DNA of 64,000 nucleotides from Cycas panzhihuaensis (GCA_023213395.1 CM041465.1:107453741-107517740); one strand, 5' to 3'; numbered from the stretch's first letter, positions 37,801 through 52,511 are shown. The notes: generated by a model from the sequence alone, not told the origin. Numbers and translations: made by a program.

Positions 37801-39300
37801 CTTTTATCTTGAGTAGCTGAAATTAATGCTATCTTATCCAAGTGCTTCTTTGTGGCCTTTATGATGAAGCCCTTGTTATCCTTCATCAATTGATACTTTC
37901 TCTCCTTCGATAGCAGAGTGCATCTCGATCCCACAAGTAGGGACTTCCAAGCACAACATGGCATACATCCAGTGGCACCACATCACATATTACCTCATCA
38001 ACAAAATCATTAGTGATGGAAAATTTAAGTGTACATTGCTTTGATATTTGCATTTCCACATCTTTATGGATCCAACCAAGAGGATATGGATGAGGGTGAG
38101 GAGTAGTTACCAAACCAATGCTCTTTACCAAACTTTCCGAGATCAAATTCTTTTGGCTTCCCGGATCTATAATGGCACCAATCATACTATTTCCTACTTG
38201 AAGCTTCAAGTGAAATAGTTCCTCCCTTGTAGCATCATCTTCATAATTTGTAAGTAGAGTGACCTTCTCTTCTTCTCCTTCACTTTGAATCTCCACCTCG
38301 AAAGTAGTGCTTTCCTTTTCCTTCTTTCTTAATTCCATATCCTTGATATGCTTGGCTTTAGTTACGGATGCAACTTCCAACACTTTCTTCTAATATGGCC
38401 ACTAATATCACAATGCTCACAATAGTTAGAACTTTTAACAAAATTAGTTCTTTTCTTCTTTCCTTCTTGCCTTTTTGATGAGTGCAATTTAGGATTCTTT
38501 TCATACTTATTAGAAGTAAAAGTAGAATCTTTATACATGAATGTAGATTTCTTACTTTTACTTTCTATTGCCATAGCCATCCTACTTGCTTCTCCAATGG
38601 ATTGAACCTTAAAAGCCTTAGTTCCTTCCTTATGTATTCATGTAATCCTCCAATGAATTTCATAAGAGTGACATGTTCATCCATATTAATACCAAGTAGC
38701 ATGTCATGCCTAAAAATAAAGAAGTATAGTCTTGGACACTTACACCTCTCCTTGGCGTAAATATTGCCAAGTGACCCATTGGTCTTCCTCATGACCTATG
38801 GGGTAGAATTGCTTCTTTATTATTTTCTTAAAATCCCTCCATGAAAAAGAAGATACATCATGATTCTTTAAATATGCATTCCACCATGTCAATGCATGTT
38901 TACACATCTTGAGCCTAGCAAATGAAAGCTTTTGAGCATTACTATAAGCATAGATTGTGAAGTAGGTTTCAACTTGATCCAACCAATGGTCCAACTTTTC
39001 AGCATTTACCTCTCCATCATAAGTTGGAATATCCAACTTTGCCTCCACCTTGAAGGGTTGATGAGATGAAGTACCCTTGCTTTCTTCAAAAGAGTGCTTT
39101 AAGGTCTTCTCCTCTTCCTCTTCATGGTCATGGTCATATGTGGATCCTCCTTCAAATTCCTTCTCTTTGCCTTTTCCTTTGACTAGAGGTAGAAGGTGGG
39201 TCATCATTGCATCAAGGCTTCAACGTTCTTCTCAAGCCTTTCAAATCTAATTTCTCCATCTTCTTTTTGACCATGGTGCTTGGATTCTTTCTTTGTCTTC
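34850..39300 (-). pseudogene. gag-pol polyprotein fragmented by multiple frameshifts
   Basis: Gag (38740-39207, KLDIPTYDG...ALTWW), zinc knuckle CEHCDISGHIRRKC (38362-38580), protease AIIDPGS (37886-38383), RT with VYLDDILIFS (36873-37692), RNase H FEVEVDAS (36508-36810), integrase VVVDRFSKM...SIISDRD (35380-35911). Ends are approximate. Confidence 0.93.
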
Positions 39301-39390
39301 TTGGTGATTGCAACATAAGAAAGTCTTCACCTTTCTCTTTGTATCCTTTCCTTGTTTGTACCATTCAAGTCCCTACAACAAAGATCAGAG

Positions 39391-39402
39391 GCTCGGATAC
39401 CA
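39391..39402 (-). other. Primer-binding site, tRNA-iMet type
   Basis: Minus strand TGGTATCCGAGC, one mismatch to TGGTATCAGAGC, 5 nt from the end of the 5' LTR. Confidence 0.88.
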
Positions 39403-39407
39403 AAATA

Positions 39408-40455
39408 TGATCCCAAAAGAGCTTAGTTGGTGAAGAAATCAATTATCAACCTTTCCTCCTTGAGATCCTGGGAGTTAGTGTAGAAAGCTCAATAACATCA
39501 AAACAACAACGAGCCCATGAAAAGAAAATTCTACACCAAATCAATTATTCTTGACATTGATCCAAAAGTATGATGAGTAATACTTTTATTAAACCATGAA
39601 AATCTCCATTTAATGGTGGAGAAATCAACTAGCAAAAGAATGGTAAAATTACAAGGAGTAAATGTTACAATTATACCATAAGGGGATTCCAACCCTCCAA
39701 ATGCTTCTCCAAGGATGCTTCCCAAGTCAAGTCTCCAAGAACCACCTCTCCAACCTGTAGAAGGGCTCAATTTATAGAAAGAAACCTGAATTGCATGTTT
39801 AACAAGTGGCAATCATGCAAGTATAACCACTAACCTCCAGAATGCATGTTGTCCAAGTGGCCTTCATACAATTCTTAAAAAGTTACAGTTTGTAATAGAT
39901 CTTAACGTACTCCAATTTGGCTCAAATTTGGTACACGTATAGAAACATATGTCCCCTCAGCTTCCTCAAATTTTCAGCTCATTTGGATGTCATTTGACTA
40001 CATTTTTATTCATTTAGTAATAATATGTATTTGCTGTTTTTCTACTGTCCAAGTGGCCTTCATACAATTCATAAACGTTGCGACATGTCGACCTTAACGG
40101 ACTCCAATTTAGCTCAAATTTTGTACACGTATAAGAACTATGTATCCTCCGCTTCCTCAAAATTTTAGCTCATTTTGATGTCATTTGGCCATGTTTCTAT
40201 TCATATAATCAAAATATATATTTTCTTTTTTTTACGCTAGCTGTGGGATTAATTTTTATGCAAAGACAAGGCTTGAACTCTAATCAAATGATATTTTCTG
40301 AACCCCACCTTTTGTACACATCTAGTGAGATGTGTCTTATCCCTTTAAACAAAATTTCATAGAGTTTTGATACCATTTGGCCATATCTCTTTTAGTTATG
40401 CCAATGCCTAGCATTTTACGCATCCTGTAAACATATGGTAGATCCTCCTGGATCA
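39408..40455 (-). repeat. 5' LTR (1048 bp)
   Basis: Direct repeat of 33759-34805. Minus-strand CTATAAA box at ~39771-39777. Confidence 0.96.
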
Positions 40456-41739
40456 ATCTATTTCTCTAGGCTAAGCATGCATAAGTATACATTTGTATGT
40501 GAAGCAAAGTAGATCATACGTTTATATAAGTCTTGGACAAAATTCAGCTATGAAATTAAGCCTCCACATACCTTTAGGTATATCAAAGGAGCCTTATAGT
40601 TTCTCTTGCCATCTTATACTAGGAAAATTTATTGGCTATGTAAACTCTATAATGTACTGATTAATGGTTAGCATTCAGAAACTACCCTTCACAAATACCC
40701 TAACATGATTGTTAACCTTATAGGGATGAATATTCCTCTATAGGTAATACCATGAGATATTAGGCCAAGAAACTATAATAACAAGGAAGTTTATCAAAGG
40801 GCTTATAAAGCGAAGGAAACATTTATTAGAGTTTGGTAAGTTTCATAATTACCTTGAGCACAAAACAACAGTGCTTGAGATTACTACAAATTACTGGTAA
40901 TTAATTCCAAAAAGTGTTGTCTTAAGTTAATCACCTACAAGACTATTAAGTGTTCCTCAAAATAAATCCACTATTAAGCAACTAATAAAATACAAATAAA
41001 TATAACTCTAAAAGGAACAAACATTAATATAGATAACAGAATATTCTAAGCAAGATATAACATTGAAATTCCTATCTAAACCTTCAACACAATTCAAATC
41101 TATATTTAGTCAGTCTCTTTGTTCATTAATCTAGAACCTTTTATTATTTATTTAAAGAAAAAGGAAAAAGATTGAGCTATAACTAGTTTATAGGATCACA
41201 CTAGTCAATACTTCTCTGATTTAGATGAAACCTACACCATTAGACTCATCATAAAATAAAATAAAATAAAGATTTAAATAAAAAAATAATGAGACTATGG
41301 CTAAAAAATTAGCATAAAAATTCATACATTTTATTTCGATTAGCGTGTTATATTAATCAATTTTTACTAAATCAATTTTAGTTGTTAGTTTCAAGGAAAT
41401 TAACCTATAAGCACCCTATGGGCCCCACTGGCCAAAATATTTGCTTAAAACTTACCTACACCATTTCAACGAGCCATGTATGCTCATTTTAGTGCATTAG
41501 GTGATATTTTTACTTAATTTTTGGGGTTAATAAGATATAAACACCCTACACCCCTCTTCTCCCTTTCCCCTTTTAGTAGGAATACTCTAATTCTTTAAAG
41601 CCCATTCTCTTTATCCATCCCTATTATTGAATCCATTCTATCTTGCTTCTCCCATTCCCTATATCTCCTTCTTCTTACTAGTCCCTTTCCTTGAAAGCCC
41701 CTTATACCTTTATAATGGCTCCTCCTACTCAAGTAGATA

Positions 41740-42756
41740 GAATCCTCACTTTGGAAATAAGCTTCATGGATTTCCAACAAGAGGTAAGAATTGAAATATC
41801 TAATCTTATGACAAAGGTTGATAACTCTAACACTATCATAATCCATCTCTAATACTATAAGGTTATTAAATCTAGCAAGTAACCCTCCATTATTAAATCA
41901 AGTAACTAACCCTCCACCAAATTAGGTAGGTAATCCACCTCCGCATCCATAACATCTCCATTAGAAGATCAATGTTTTGACTTTTAACCTTGATCTTAAC
42001 AAGGAAAGTGCTCAAAGTTAGATTAGCAAGTTAGAGTCCTATTTTATTCTTAATCTAATGTTCGAGGAAGATCAGATAACTTATGCATCCATCTATATGG
42101 ATAGAAAAGTGTATTATTGATTTCATTAGTAGAAGCCAGAATACCCTTCAAATTAGACATTGGTATATTTTGCTAATAATTCCTTTGAATTGTATGAGGA
42201 TACCTAGAATTAATCATTCTTTACCTAGCTTATAATGCTGAAGTAAGTATCATTAGTGAAAATATATATAGACAAATTTTAAACATTACAAATCATACCA
42301 TCCAATATTTAGATAAACAAGCCATTATTGATGCCTACATTATAAGACTAAAAGAGCACATCTAAATACACCTTAAAACATTATCTTTACCTAATTTAAA
42401 AGATCCCATTAAAATAGCTAAAGTAGTAGAGGTAAAATTTGCATTAGAAAGAACAAGTTCCTCTTGAAGGAACCTTGGGATGTAACTTCCCCAACTCTTT
42501 TCCCATACAAAAAAAATGATAATGGAAAATAAACAAGAAATATAGCTCTTATATTAATCTTAGGAACTAATTACAGAAGTTAAGCACATTAAAGAGTACC
42601 AAATAGACATAAAAGAAAACTAAAGAGTACTAAAGTATAATTCTCATAAGAGAAGACAATTATACAACGACCTTCTCCTATAATGCGTGACCCTTAAATA
42701 GACATAAAAGGGACATTTTTCTACAATCCCGTTAGTGGGATAAATAGCCTTTTATT
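41740..42756 (+). mobile_element. Degenerate gypsy gag remnant, unit 2 copy
   Basis: Duplicate of 16440-17450. Confidence 0.6.
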
Positions 42757-42875
42757 TCATTGGTGACCTTAATAGCCCATGCATAAAAGTTAATAACTAA
42801 CACTTAATCTCTTAGTGCCTTAACTATTAGTGCTAGTATCCTAGTTGTACTGACTATATATGGTCATGAAATAGG

Positions 42876-45800
42876 TTCCCTCCTTTGAGATGATGGGTCC
42901 CCAAAGTAAAGAAGGTCTAGATGTTATTTGATAAAATCCACTAATTCCTAGATATCCTCATTTAGTTCATAATTGGCCCACTATACCAAATATCTAGAAA
43001 TTATCATGTTTCAAAGATAACATTTCCTATTGGCCAAGATGCATTCTGGGGAAATAATAAGAGTTTCTTTTTTTTTATCTAAGATTTAAAGAATTATTTC
43101 TAGGGTCATGCCCTTGCTAAGATATTTCTTAAGATAGGAAACATGGAAAATATTATAAATCCTTGTATTCAATGTGAGTTCCAAAGTATATGCCACTTGA
43201 CCAACATACCATATGACTTTATAAGGGCCATAGTAGAAAGGATTAAGCTTGTGGTTCCTATGATGTTTAAGAGATTATTACTTATATAGTTGAAGATGTA
43301 GGAATACAAGATCACTAATAGCAAAAGAGTGATTTGAATAGTGGTGATCTCCTAATTACTTTATTCAATTCTAGATGATATCTAGATTATGATTTAAGGT
43401 GTTTAAAAATTAGTTTATATATTATAACTTTTGTTGTATGGCAGTAGTACAAAGGTTAGTGGCTAACATATGGTATGATAGTGGAGGGTAACTATAAAGG
43501 GATATGAATGGGAACATCCCTTTGGCTAAGTGGTGAGAAGAATTGTACAGGTATTTTATAAGGGCTACCCATGATGACCATCTTGTCTGGTGGTCAGATG
43601 TAAAACAACATAAGTGAGACTTTAGTATTTTGTTAAGAACTTTCAATTATCTATATATTTGTGCATGATTGGTAAAACTCATATTAAATAATATGCCTAA
43701 GTCTTAAAAGAGTTCTTATAAAAAAGAACAAGTGAACTTAGGATCTTAATCACACATGATGGTTAATGAAAAGCCATACAAATAGAAGACCATTTAAAGT
43801 TGTAGATTTTCAATACACAATGCTTTATATGAAGTATGAATGAGAAAAAAATGTGCATATTTTATTAAGTAGTCAATGACTACTAATATGGAGTCATACC
43901 CAATAGGAAATGGTAGGCCTATAATGAAATCCATGGCAATATCTTGATCCTTTCCTTGTGGAATATGAAGTGGTTGTAAGAGACCTAATTGAGCTTTAGT
44001 ATTAGATTTGTTATGTTAACATGTATTGTATTCTAAAATAAACATGAGAATGGATGATTTTATATATAGCAAGAAGAAGTCAGAAAAAAATTATTAGTAT
44101 ATTTTATTGAATCTTAAATGGCCTACTAATAGAGTTAAGTCATACTCCAATAAGATTTAATGGATAAAGTTTGAGGCTGGTTAGATAAATATACAATTTT
44201 TATATAAAAGGAGGTTGTTTTGTATGGACCAATTCTTTTGAGTGTAAACTTTGTTGGCCTATTTGACATAGCTAGGCCATATACCCATATTTGATGGGAT
44301 ATAGAGATGGCATGAATAGAGGAATCATATGAAAGAATGAGGGAAGGATGACTTAAGAGATGAGAAAGGGCATTTGCCACTACAATGTTTTGACCTTTCT
44401 TATATGTGATCATGAAGTTAAAAACTTGGAGGTACTCAATCCACTTGGCTCATTCTTCTGATAGAATTAGTTAGTGTAATAAGTGATGAAGGCTATGGTG
44501 ATTGATGAGGATAGTAAAATTTGATTTAGTAAGATAATGACATAAATTTTTAGTGGCATGGAGAATAATAATTATTTCTTTTTAGTATATAGTCAACTTA
44601 CATTCATAGTATTTAAGCTTTCACCTTTTAAAAGTAATTGGATGTAGATTTTATATAAGTATTGCACCTAAAATAAAGCTTAATACGTCACACTCTAGTT
44701 GGAATGGATAAGAGAAGTCTAGTGGCTAAGACTAGAGTGGAATACATGACTTCTTTAAGATCATTAAAGGCATCATTAGCAACAGGTAACCATTGGAAAG
44801 AATCTTTTTAAAGTAAATTAGTTAATAGAGCTACTAAGGTTACATAATTTTAGACAAACCACCTATAAAATATAGTAAGTCCTAAGAAAGCGTACAATTG
44901 GATGAGGCTTTATGGGGTTGGCTAATTCATAATAATTGATATTTTATTAGGACTGACCTGAACACCTTCTGTAGAGCTAATGTGGTTGAGGTATTATAAT
45001 TTAGACTTATCGAACTCACATTTAAAGAGATCAATGTATAGTTGATGTTTGACCAAAATTTTTAAAGCTATTTCTAAATGTCAAGTGTGAATAGCCATAT
45101 CATCAAAGAAAACAATAAAAAATTCCTAAGGTATGGGGTAAACACCTTGTTTATCAGAGATTAAAAAGTAGTTAAAACATTGTATAGGTCAAAAGGCATG
45201 ACATAAAATTTAAAATGGTTGTGGTTTGTTCAAAAAGTAGTTTTATATCAATTTTCAGGTATAATGGGGATTTGATAGTATTGTGATTGAAGTTCTAATT
45301 TGATAGAAAGTTTGGCACCATGAATTTCATCTAATATGTCATCAATTCTTAAAGTGAGAAACTTATCTTTTATGGTTATTTTATTAAGCTCAAAATAATT
45401 AACATAAAGCCTAATCACCCATCCTTTTTCTAAACTAATATAATAGGGGCAACACATGGACTTTTATTAGGTTGGATTATGCCTATTTCCATTAGTTTAT
45501 TGTTAATTTTTTTTTTAGCATTTTAAAAAAAATATGAATTTCTATAGGGTCAAAGACTAATAGGGTCATTGGGATTTTTTAGCTTAATGATGTGGTGTTA
45601 TCTACGATCTGGTGTGGGGTTAGCTGATAAGGAGGCAAAAATGGCTTAATATTTATTAAGAATGTATTGTATATCTAGATGAACGTCTATGTACGCTTAG
45701 ATATTATTGATTCATGTAATATAGCCTACTTAGTTACTTAGTTATTTACATATACAATTTGGTAAAATTAGTTTATTAGGGAGAGGTTATATCCCATGGA

Positions 45801-46020
45801 GTTTATAGGTTTGTCCTATATGCTCCTTAAATAGAATGAAAGGATTGATAGGAGAGTTATTCATGTTATATGTTCTAAAGATTTAGAGTCACTTAACTCC
45901 AAGAATAACATGTAGTCCACTAATAAGGCATAAAAATTAGAGACCAACCTATAGGTACTAATTTAGATAGTGAGGTTCTTGATTATATTGGTTCCTCTTG
46001 TTTTAGAGCCAACCACTTAC
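42876..46020 (-). mobile_element. Degenerate chromovirus-type pol, unit 2 copy
   Basis: ORFs 43422-43646 (INT), 44135-44413 (RH end) and 45248-45457 (RT: ELNKITIKDKFLTLRIDDILDEIHGAK). Confidence 0.85.
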
Positions 46021-49000
46021 TAGATCTATGTGAAAAGGAACTAATGGTAGTGTGTCTCAAGGGTAGAGCTTTTAACCAACCTCTAAGAAAAAGTCTCTTT
46101 ATTTGTGTACTTGAATGACGATGAAAAAATTATACTAGCTTACAAATTAATCTACTTTATACATGTATAACAAAAATAAACTAAAATCGAATCAAGTTGA
46201 AGCACTCAAATCAAACAAGTTAAATAAAAGCCTCCTTTACTTTAAGGAGATGATAAGTAACATTCCAACAAATAGAGGAATTGTTTGGGGTTCTTACCCT
46301 GAAATAAATATCCTAAAATTTTCCTATTATTACCTAAAACATCCTCTTAAGGATGAAATTCTAACCTTGACCTTTATTCCCACAAAAATAGGAGTAATCT
46401 ACATTGCACTAGCTATAGAAAAGAAGGAGTAATAAGTGTAAGGACTCAAGAGAGATTAGACCTTGGATTAATGACCTTATTAGGAGTAAGCCACTAGGAA
46501 CTCCCTCACTTAGTGATGATCCATCTATGAGGATGAATAGCCTAAGAATACGTATGTCTAACTTTAGTGGGTTCCTATACTTAGAGGTGAAGGAAAAAAG
46601 AAGAAGCCACTCTTAACCTAAAGAAAAATAGTAAGCCACTTACTTTAGTATTCAAAACACAACTAGAAAGAAAATAATCTTAAGGAAGGAGTAGTTTGTA
46701 TGTTAGATATGTCAAGTGCCAATTGATTAAAAAACTCTTAGTAATAAGAAGTGCTTATCTCTAATAGAAGACAAGTTTGTATACCAGGGATGTTAAGTCT
46801 TGAGTGATTAAATCTGTCTTCACCATAGAGATAAAATTTACCCTAGGGGGACCAAATAATGCCAAACTATACCTATGTACAAGTCTAGGATGTAATTTCA
46901 AGTTGAATACAAATAACAAAAGCTCTTAGTGCCCTCTTTGATGTGGGCTAAGATTTAAAATCTATATTTGAAGTATACAATAGATGATTATTATAAAACA
47001 CAATATTTAAAATTTGATTTTACTCTTTAGTAATCAGTCTATCAATTATTCAAGTAATTTCAAATTTATATATCTTTTCCTTTTAAGTTTTTTTTCCAAT
47101 AATCTACTAGTTGATGGGAAACTTGAACTGTAATCTCTTACTTAGTGACACTTTCTCTTATAAATCATGTCTTTAAACCAAATTTATCATCACTTGGAAA
47201 TACTCTTTTGTGAATTTTAGAACCATATATATTACTACCCAAACTATACCTACTCCTCTATTCTTCTTTCATTCATATCATATGCTCATATTATCTTCAG
47301 AAGTAATATAGTTGGGTTCTATATCAATGTAAATCGTTATAAAATAAATGTTATATCATGTGAAGTGTTAGCATAAAAATCTATTACCTTACCATTAAAT
47401 CACAAAATAAACTAACTACTTATTCTAAAAATATAAAATGGTTTATCCGAACACTAAGTGGAGTACGAAATAAACTTTTACCTCACAAGGATAAACAATT
47501 AAATAAAAGCGATGCACCCTCATACCTTGCAAAGCATAAAATAACTTCCATATTATACAGGCTAAATAATAAACAAAATGAAATAAACTATATTAGTACA
47601 AACTATAAAGAGAAGTAAAGAAGATAAGGAAAAGACAAAGAAGATTGTTGATAATCTGCCATAAGAAGGTAGAAGCATATAACGTGATGATAATCACCTC
47701 AAGATTGGGTCCTTACATTATGTGAGAGATATATATAAGAAATGAGGAGTAAGATGATGATGTGAAATGATAAGGATGAGGAGTGAGATTAAGGGACATA
47801 AGCATATGAGGGGAATATATGTAGCATAAAAAATTAAAGGGTAATGAGCGAAAAAGATGGTATGTGTTTAGGATAAGACTAGGATTAATATATATGAAAT
47901 ATTAGTGGGAGTATAGGGGGTATGAGGTCAAAAAGGCATTAAGTATTTTATTATATAGATAAGAGACAAGGATATAGGAAATGGAAATTAAAGTGTGGGT
48001 ATTAGATGGTAATGTTGGAGTGAGGTACATGTGATATTAAGATATGACATATGTGTAAAATCAATAAGAGAAGGATAAAGAACAAGGGATATATTACATG
48101 AAGGGTATTCTATAGGACAAAAAATAGGAAGAGATACGTGGGAAGTGATAATTATGGAGGGTAGGGACAAAGGGGATTAATAGTAAGGCTAGGGAGTAAG
48201 AAATGTTGAAGGTAGCTAGAAAGATAAGGGATGTGAGATAGAGGAAATGATAAAGGGTAAGAAGGATGTATTTCATGAGAAATCCTAAGGAATAATGCAT
48301 GTGAGGTTTTCATAAGGAGATGAATAAGGAATGAAGGAAATGTATTCTTTATTAGAAACAGATTATGATGGAAGCATATAGAAGAGATATTTAGGAGAAA
48401 TATAAGATGCCACCCTTGCCCCAAGCTGTAATCATTCAACACAATTTCCAACATATTTTTCATTAATAGTAATGGTTAACCTTAGATGGAATAAACACAT
48501 ATATACGTGTTGGTTTGGTTATCACACCTACTAAATTATACTAATACCCAAGTGGGTTTATTAAAGAGAAACTAGACACAAGTGCCATGGCTTCTGGAGT
48601 TCCCCCCCAGGAATTCCTTATTTAGTCACATCATGTGTTTATCTTTGATTTGTTTCCTTCTAAGTATTTTAACCACATTTTATTAGTGGATTTATTATTC
48701 ACATCATTTACAGTACATATGCTCTTAGCCCTTGAGATGTTTTTTTGTACATATCACATGTACATAGGCCTCTGGCATCGAATATCATGAAGAATCACAT
48801 TGTAAGATATAAAAATATATCAAACTATGTCTTACACACCTAATGGGGCCTTTTACTAGCTCCCATTTATAATAACAAATGATTACATCTCAATATAAAA
48901 TAAAGCATAAGAACATAAAATATATCATGACATATACACCATGGGTATCAAGTACAATGTTATACATAAACTCCTCAAAGGATCCCATTGCCATTGCTAT

Positions 49001-50382
49001 TATGTCATAACCCAAGGGGAGGTCATTGGTGATATTTGTGGGCAATACTTAAAAATGAATGGCAATGATTTATTGATATCGTATGGAAAAACACAATATG
49101 ACTTCAATAGTATGAGAAAATCCTTTAGCACCCAACAAAATGCTAATCGCTAACTATCTAATTCTTGTCGACACGTGTAAGGTTCTCTGCGTGTCATGGT
49201 AATAAGGCATTCTACTATTTTTAACATGTGGTTTGCCATGTGGTGGCTTAGTTGTTAAGTGTATGGTTTTAATGGCATAATGTAATATTTAATGTAATTT
49301 AATTTAAAGTGGGGCATTGATTTGAGCTAAGATAACTTGACCTCGATTTTCTACTAAATACACGTATTGCAATAACAAATGTTGGTGAGATAATCACCTC
49401 TTCACCTTCACATGTTATGATCATAATTTTATTTCTAGTCTTCTTTGAAAAAAAATGATGAGAAGGATCTTTCAGTAAAGCTACAATTACAATTATAAAA
49501 CATAGCGATCACACATCAAATAAATCTTTGGTAATAAAAATGGATTTGAATAAAATTAGAGTTTCCAATGTGTATTGTGGAGTGGGAGTTGAGGGGAGGA
49601 CCAAAAAAAAAAACCATAAGGAAAGAAAGACTTACTCATCAACACCAAATTTAAAAAAAAACAAGAAAAAACTCCCTTACCTACTAAAGACCAAACAAAG
49701 GTGAAACCATCTCCTCGGCAACCGTTGACAAAGTCGTTGTTGGTGGTATTAGGAACCATTTTATTTAGAATGTTCACTTTAATTGGACACGGCCGTTCTT
49801 AATAGTTAGAAAGTTCGGGGAGAGGGCTCATTTATGACTCACATGTCTTAAGTAAACGGCTCTACATTTAATTTAATTAATTTATTTACTTTTCACCTTT
49901 TTGTGTTGCAAGCGGGGAATCGGACTTAGTGCCTTTAGTATGATAACCACACTTGGTGTTATATGGTAGCTGTTTATTGTACTACTTACTATGGAGCCCC
50001 GTGTTTAATAAGCTTTGCCACCCTTGGGTGCCAATGGATCGAGCACCGTCTTGTACCGATACCATCGCATGTGGTATGGCATAAGCTTGTAAATATCACA
50101 TGGTTAGGATCGAAACAAGTTGTCAAGTAGACGGAGATCGCTGGAACACAAGAATGCAAAAAGTGGTGCGGCATACACAATTCCTAATTCAGTTCTTCTC
50201 TTTAGATTTTTTTAATTCAAGTGAGAGTTCGAATTTCAATCCCGTGGACACACAAAGTCAATAGAAGAAGCTTTTACCGTGGAAACCAAATGCTAGGAAA
50301 GTTATTAATTAATTCAATTAAACGGATTGAGAGTTTGGCATCCCATTTCGTTGAAGCTCACTTAACTAATTTAATCATAACT

Positions 50383-50452
50383 CGGCGTCATGGGATCGAC
50401 GAATGACGAAAAAGAAGATGTTGGGCGTTGACTGGAATTTTGAGCTATAAAA
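50383..50452 (+). promoter_or_regulatory. Proximal promoter of PME copy 2
   Basis: TATAAAA at 50446-50452. W-box and TGACG motifs retained; CCGCGT is changed to CGGCGT. Confidence 0.55.
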
Positions 50453-50573
50453 CTCCATAGTCGACTAATGAACGTCCTCGATATTCAGTGTAGGCCAATT
50501 GCCTGCGAGAAGAAATTATTTTTGGGCTTAGGTTGGAACAGATCAGGAAGGAAGGAGAAGATTAGCTACTATA

Positions 50574-52511
50574 ATGGCTTCTGAAATAGTGTTCTTGGCT
50601 GCTCTGGTAATCTGTGCGGCATCCGTTCAAGTGATCAAGAGCGAAACGGTCCTGCGCGGGGATCACAATGCAGCTATCAAATCTGCCTGTGGTGGGACTC
50701 TGTATCCGGATCTCTGCATTTCCACGGTCTCCGTGCACCCGTTATTGATGCAGGGGGCAAGTTCCAAGGATTTTAGTAGAATTGCTCTGAAACGGAGCAC
50801 GACGGAAGCAGAAAAGGTCTTTGGTCTCGTTTCCCGTCTTCGTCGATGGGCGGCGTTGAACAGAGTGCAGCGCGGTGCCATCGAAGATTGCATAGAGCTG
50901 TTCGATCTGACGCTGGACGATCTCGACAAATCTCTGTCAAATGTGACGAACTCGGGCGCCACATACTTCAAATGGCGTCAGGCAGCCGACGTGCAGACAT
51001 GGCTCAGCGCCGCTCTCACAAACCAGGCTACCTGCCTCGACGGACTCGAAAACGCCGGCGGCAGCACAATCGTCAAATCAGTTGTCAGGAGCAGCGTTCA
51101 TAACGTGTCACGGTTGGTCAGTAATTCTCTTGCCATTGTGAAGAACGTGTCCGTCGTGGGAAATAACGGTACGTCGCCTCTCATCGACAGCAGGAGGCCG
51201 GGCCACAACCGCCGACTCTTATCGGATCCGTCGACCGATCGCAAATATAAGATGAAGTCCCATAAAGTTATGGACGATGAAGTATTCATGTCGCATTATG
51301 GATCTACGGACGAAGGCGTTCCTTCGTGGCTGTCTGCTGCAGATCGAAGGCTTCTCCTAACCACGGGTGACGATAGCATCGAAGCCGACTCTGTAGTGAC
51401 CGTGGCAAAGGACGGCAGTGGGAATTACACGACCATTACAGACGCAATCAATGCGGCTCCAAACAAGAGTGATGACAGATATGTCATCTATGTCACTGCG
51501 GGCGTCTATCAGGAATACATAGAAATTCCCAAGAGCAAGACAAATCTCATGCTGATCGGAGACGGCATGGACGTTACGGTGATTACCGGGAACAGAAGCG
51601 TTGTCGATGGCTGGACCACCTTCCGCTCTGCAACTTTCGGTACGCTGCTCTGACATTTATTAGTTAATATCTTTCTCGTTAATTGACATTTGCCTGCAAA
51701 AATATTCTACCTCCGGGTTCGCAGCTCTAGGCGTCTCGGTCCGCGTATTGATGCACCGTCTCCGGTCTCCGCTTACGTTTTCCTTAGTTATGATTAAATA
51801 TTATACTGTTTGAATGCAGCGGCTGTGGGGCAAGGATTTCTGGCACGCGATATAACCTTCGAGAACACGGCGGGTCCCGAGAAGCATCAGGCGGTGGCGC
51901 TACGAGTGGGGTCGGATCTATCGGCGTTCTATCGTTGCAGAATCAAGGGATACCAAGACACGCTTTATGTCCACTCTCTTCGCCAATTTTACAGGGAATG
52001 CACAATTTCTGGGACGGTAGATTTCATATTCGGGAACGCTGCAGTGGTGTTTCAGAGCTGCACACTTCTAGCCAGAAAACCCATGGATAATCAAAAGAAC
52101 GTCTTCACGGCTCAAGGTAGAGACGATCCGAATCAAAACACCGGAATTTCCATTCAAAACTGCACCGTCACTGCGGATTCTGATTTAATTCCGGTGAAGA
52201 GCTCCTTCCCTACTTACCTCGGCAGGCCTTGGAAGCAGTACTCTCGCACCGTTTACATGCAGTCTTATATAGACGATTTGATCGTTCCTGCTGGTTGGCT
52301 TGAATGGTCCGGAGATTTCGCACTGAGCACGTTGTATTACGGTGAATATATGAACTCAGGGCCGGGGGCAGGAACTGCAAATCGAGTTGTATGGCCTGGC
52401 TATCACGGCGCCATGAACATTTCTGACGCTACAAATTTCACCGTTGCGGAATTCATCTCCGGGAATTCATGGCTGACATCCTCAAGCGTGCCCTACGATG
52501 CGGGTTTTTAA
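50574..52511 (+). CDS. PME: Pectin methylesterase with N-terminal PMEI pro-domain (type I / group 2 PME, CE8), intact, 585 aa. Exon 1 50574-51639, exon 2 51820-52511.
   Basis: Hydrophobic signal peptide. PMEI domain with four Cys ([35 protein letters not shown]). Two RRLL processing motifs. Catalytic motifs GVYQE, QAVAL, YQDTL, DFIFG, LGRPW. 1066 + 692 nt = 586 codons in frame. Confidence 0.97.
51640..51819 (+). other. Phase-1 GT-AG intron (180 bp) of PME copy 2
   Basis: TTCG|gtacgc...tgaatgcag|CGGCT. Appears identical to the copy 1 intron. Confidence 0.92.

Larger units (their letters stand above)
33759..40455 (-). mobile_element. Full-length Ty3/gypsy LTR retrotransposon (chromovirus, probably CRM-like), 6697 bp
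   Basis: Two LTRs TGATCC...GGATCA. TSD ATCTA at 33754-33758 and 40456-40460. Empty site at 15146-15150. PBS, PPT and gag-PR-RT-RH-INT order on the minus strand. The clade assignment is inference from Gag and integrase motifs. Confidence 0.97.
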
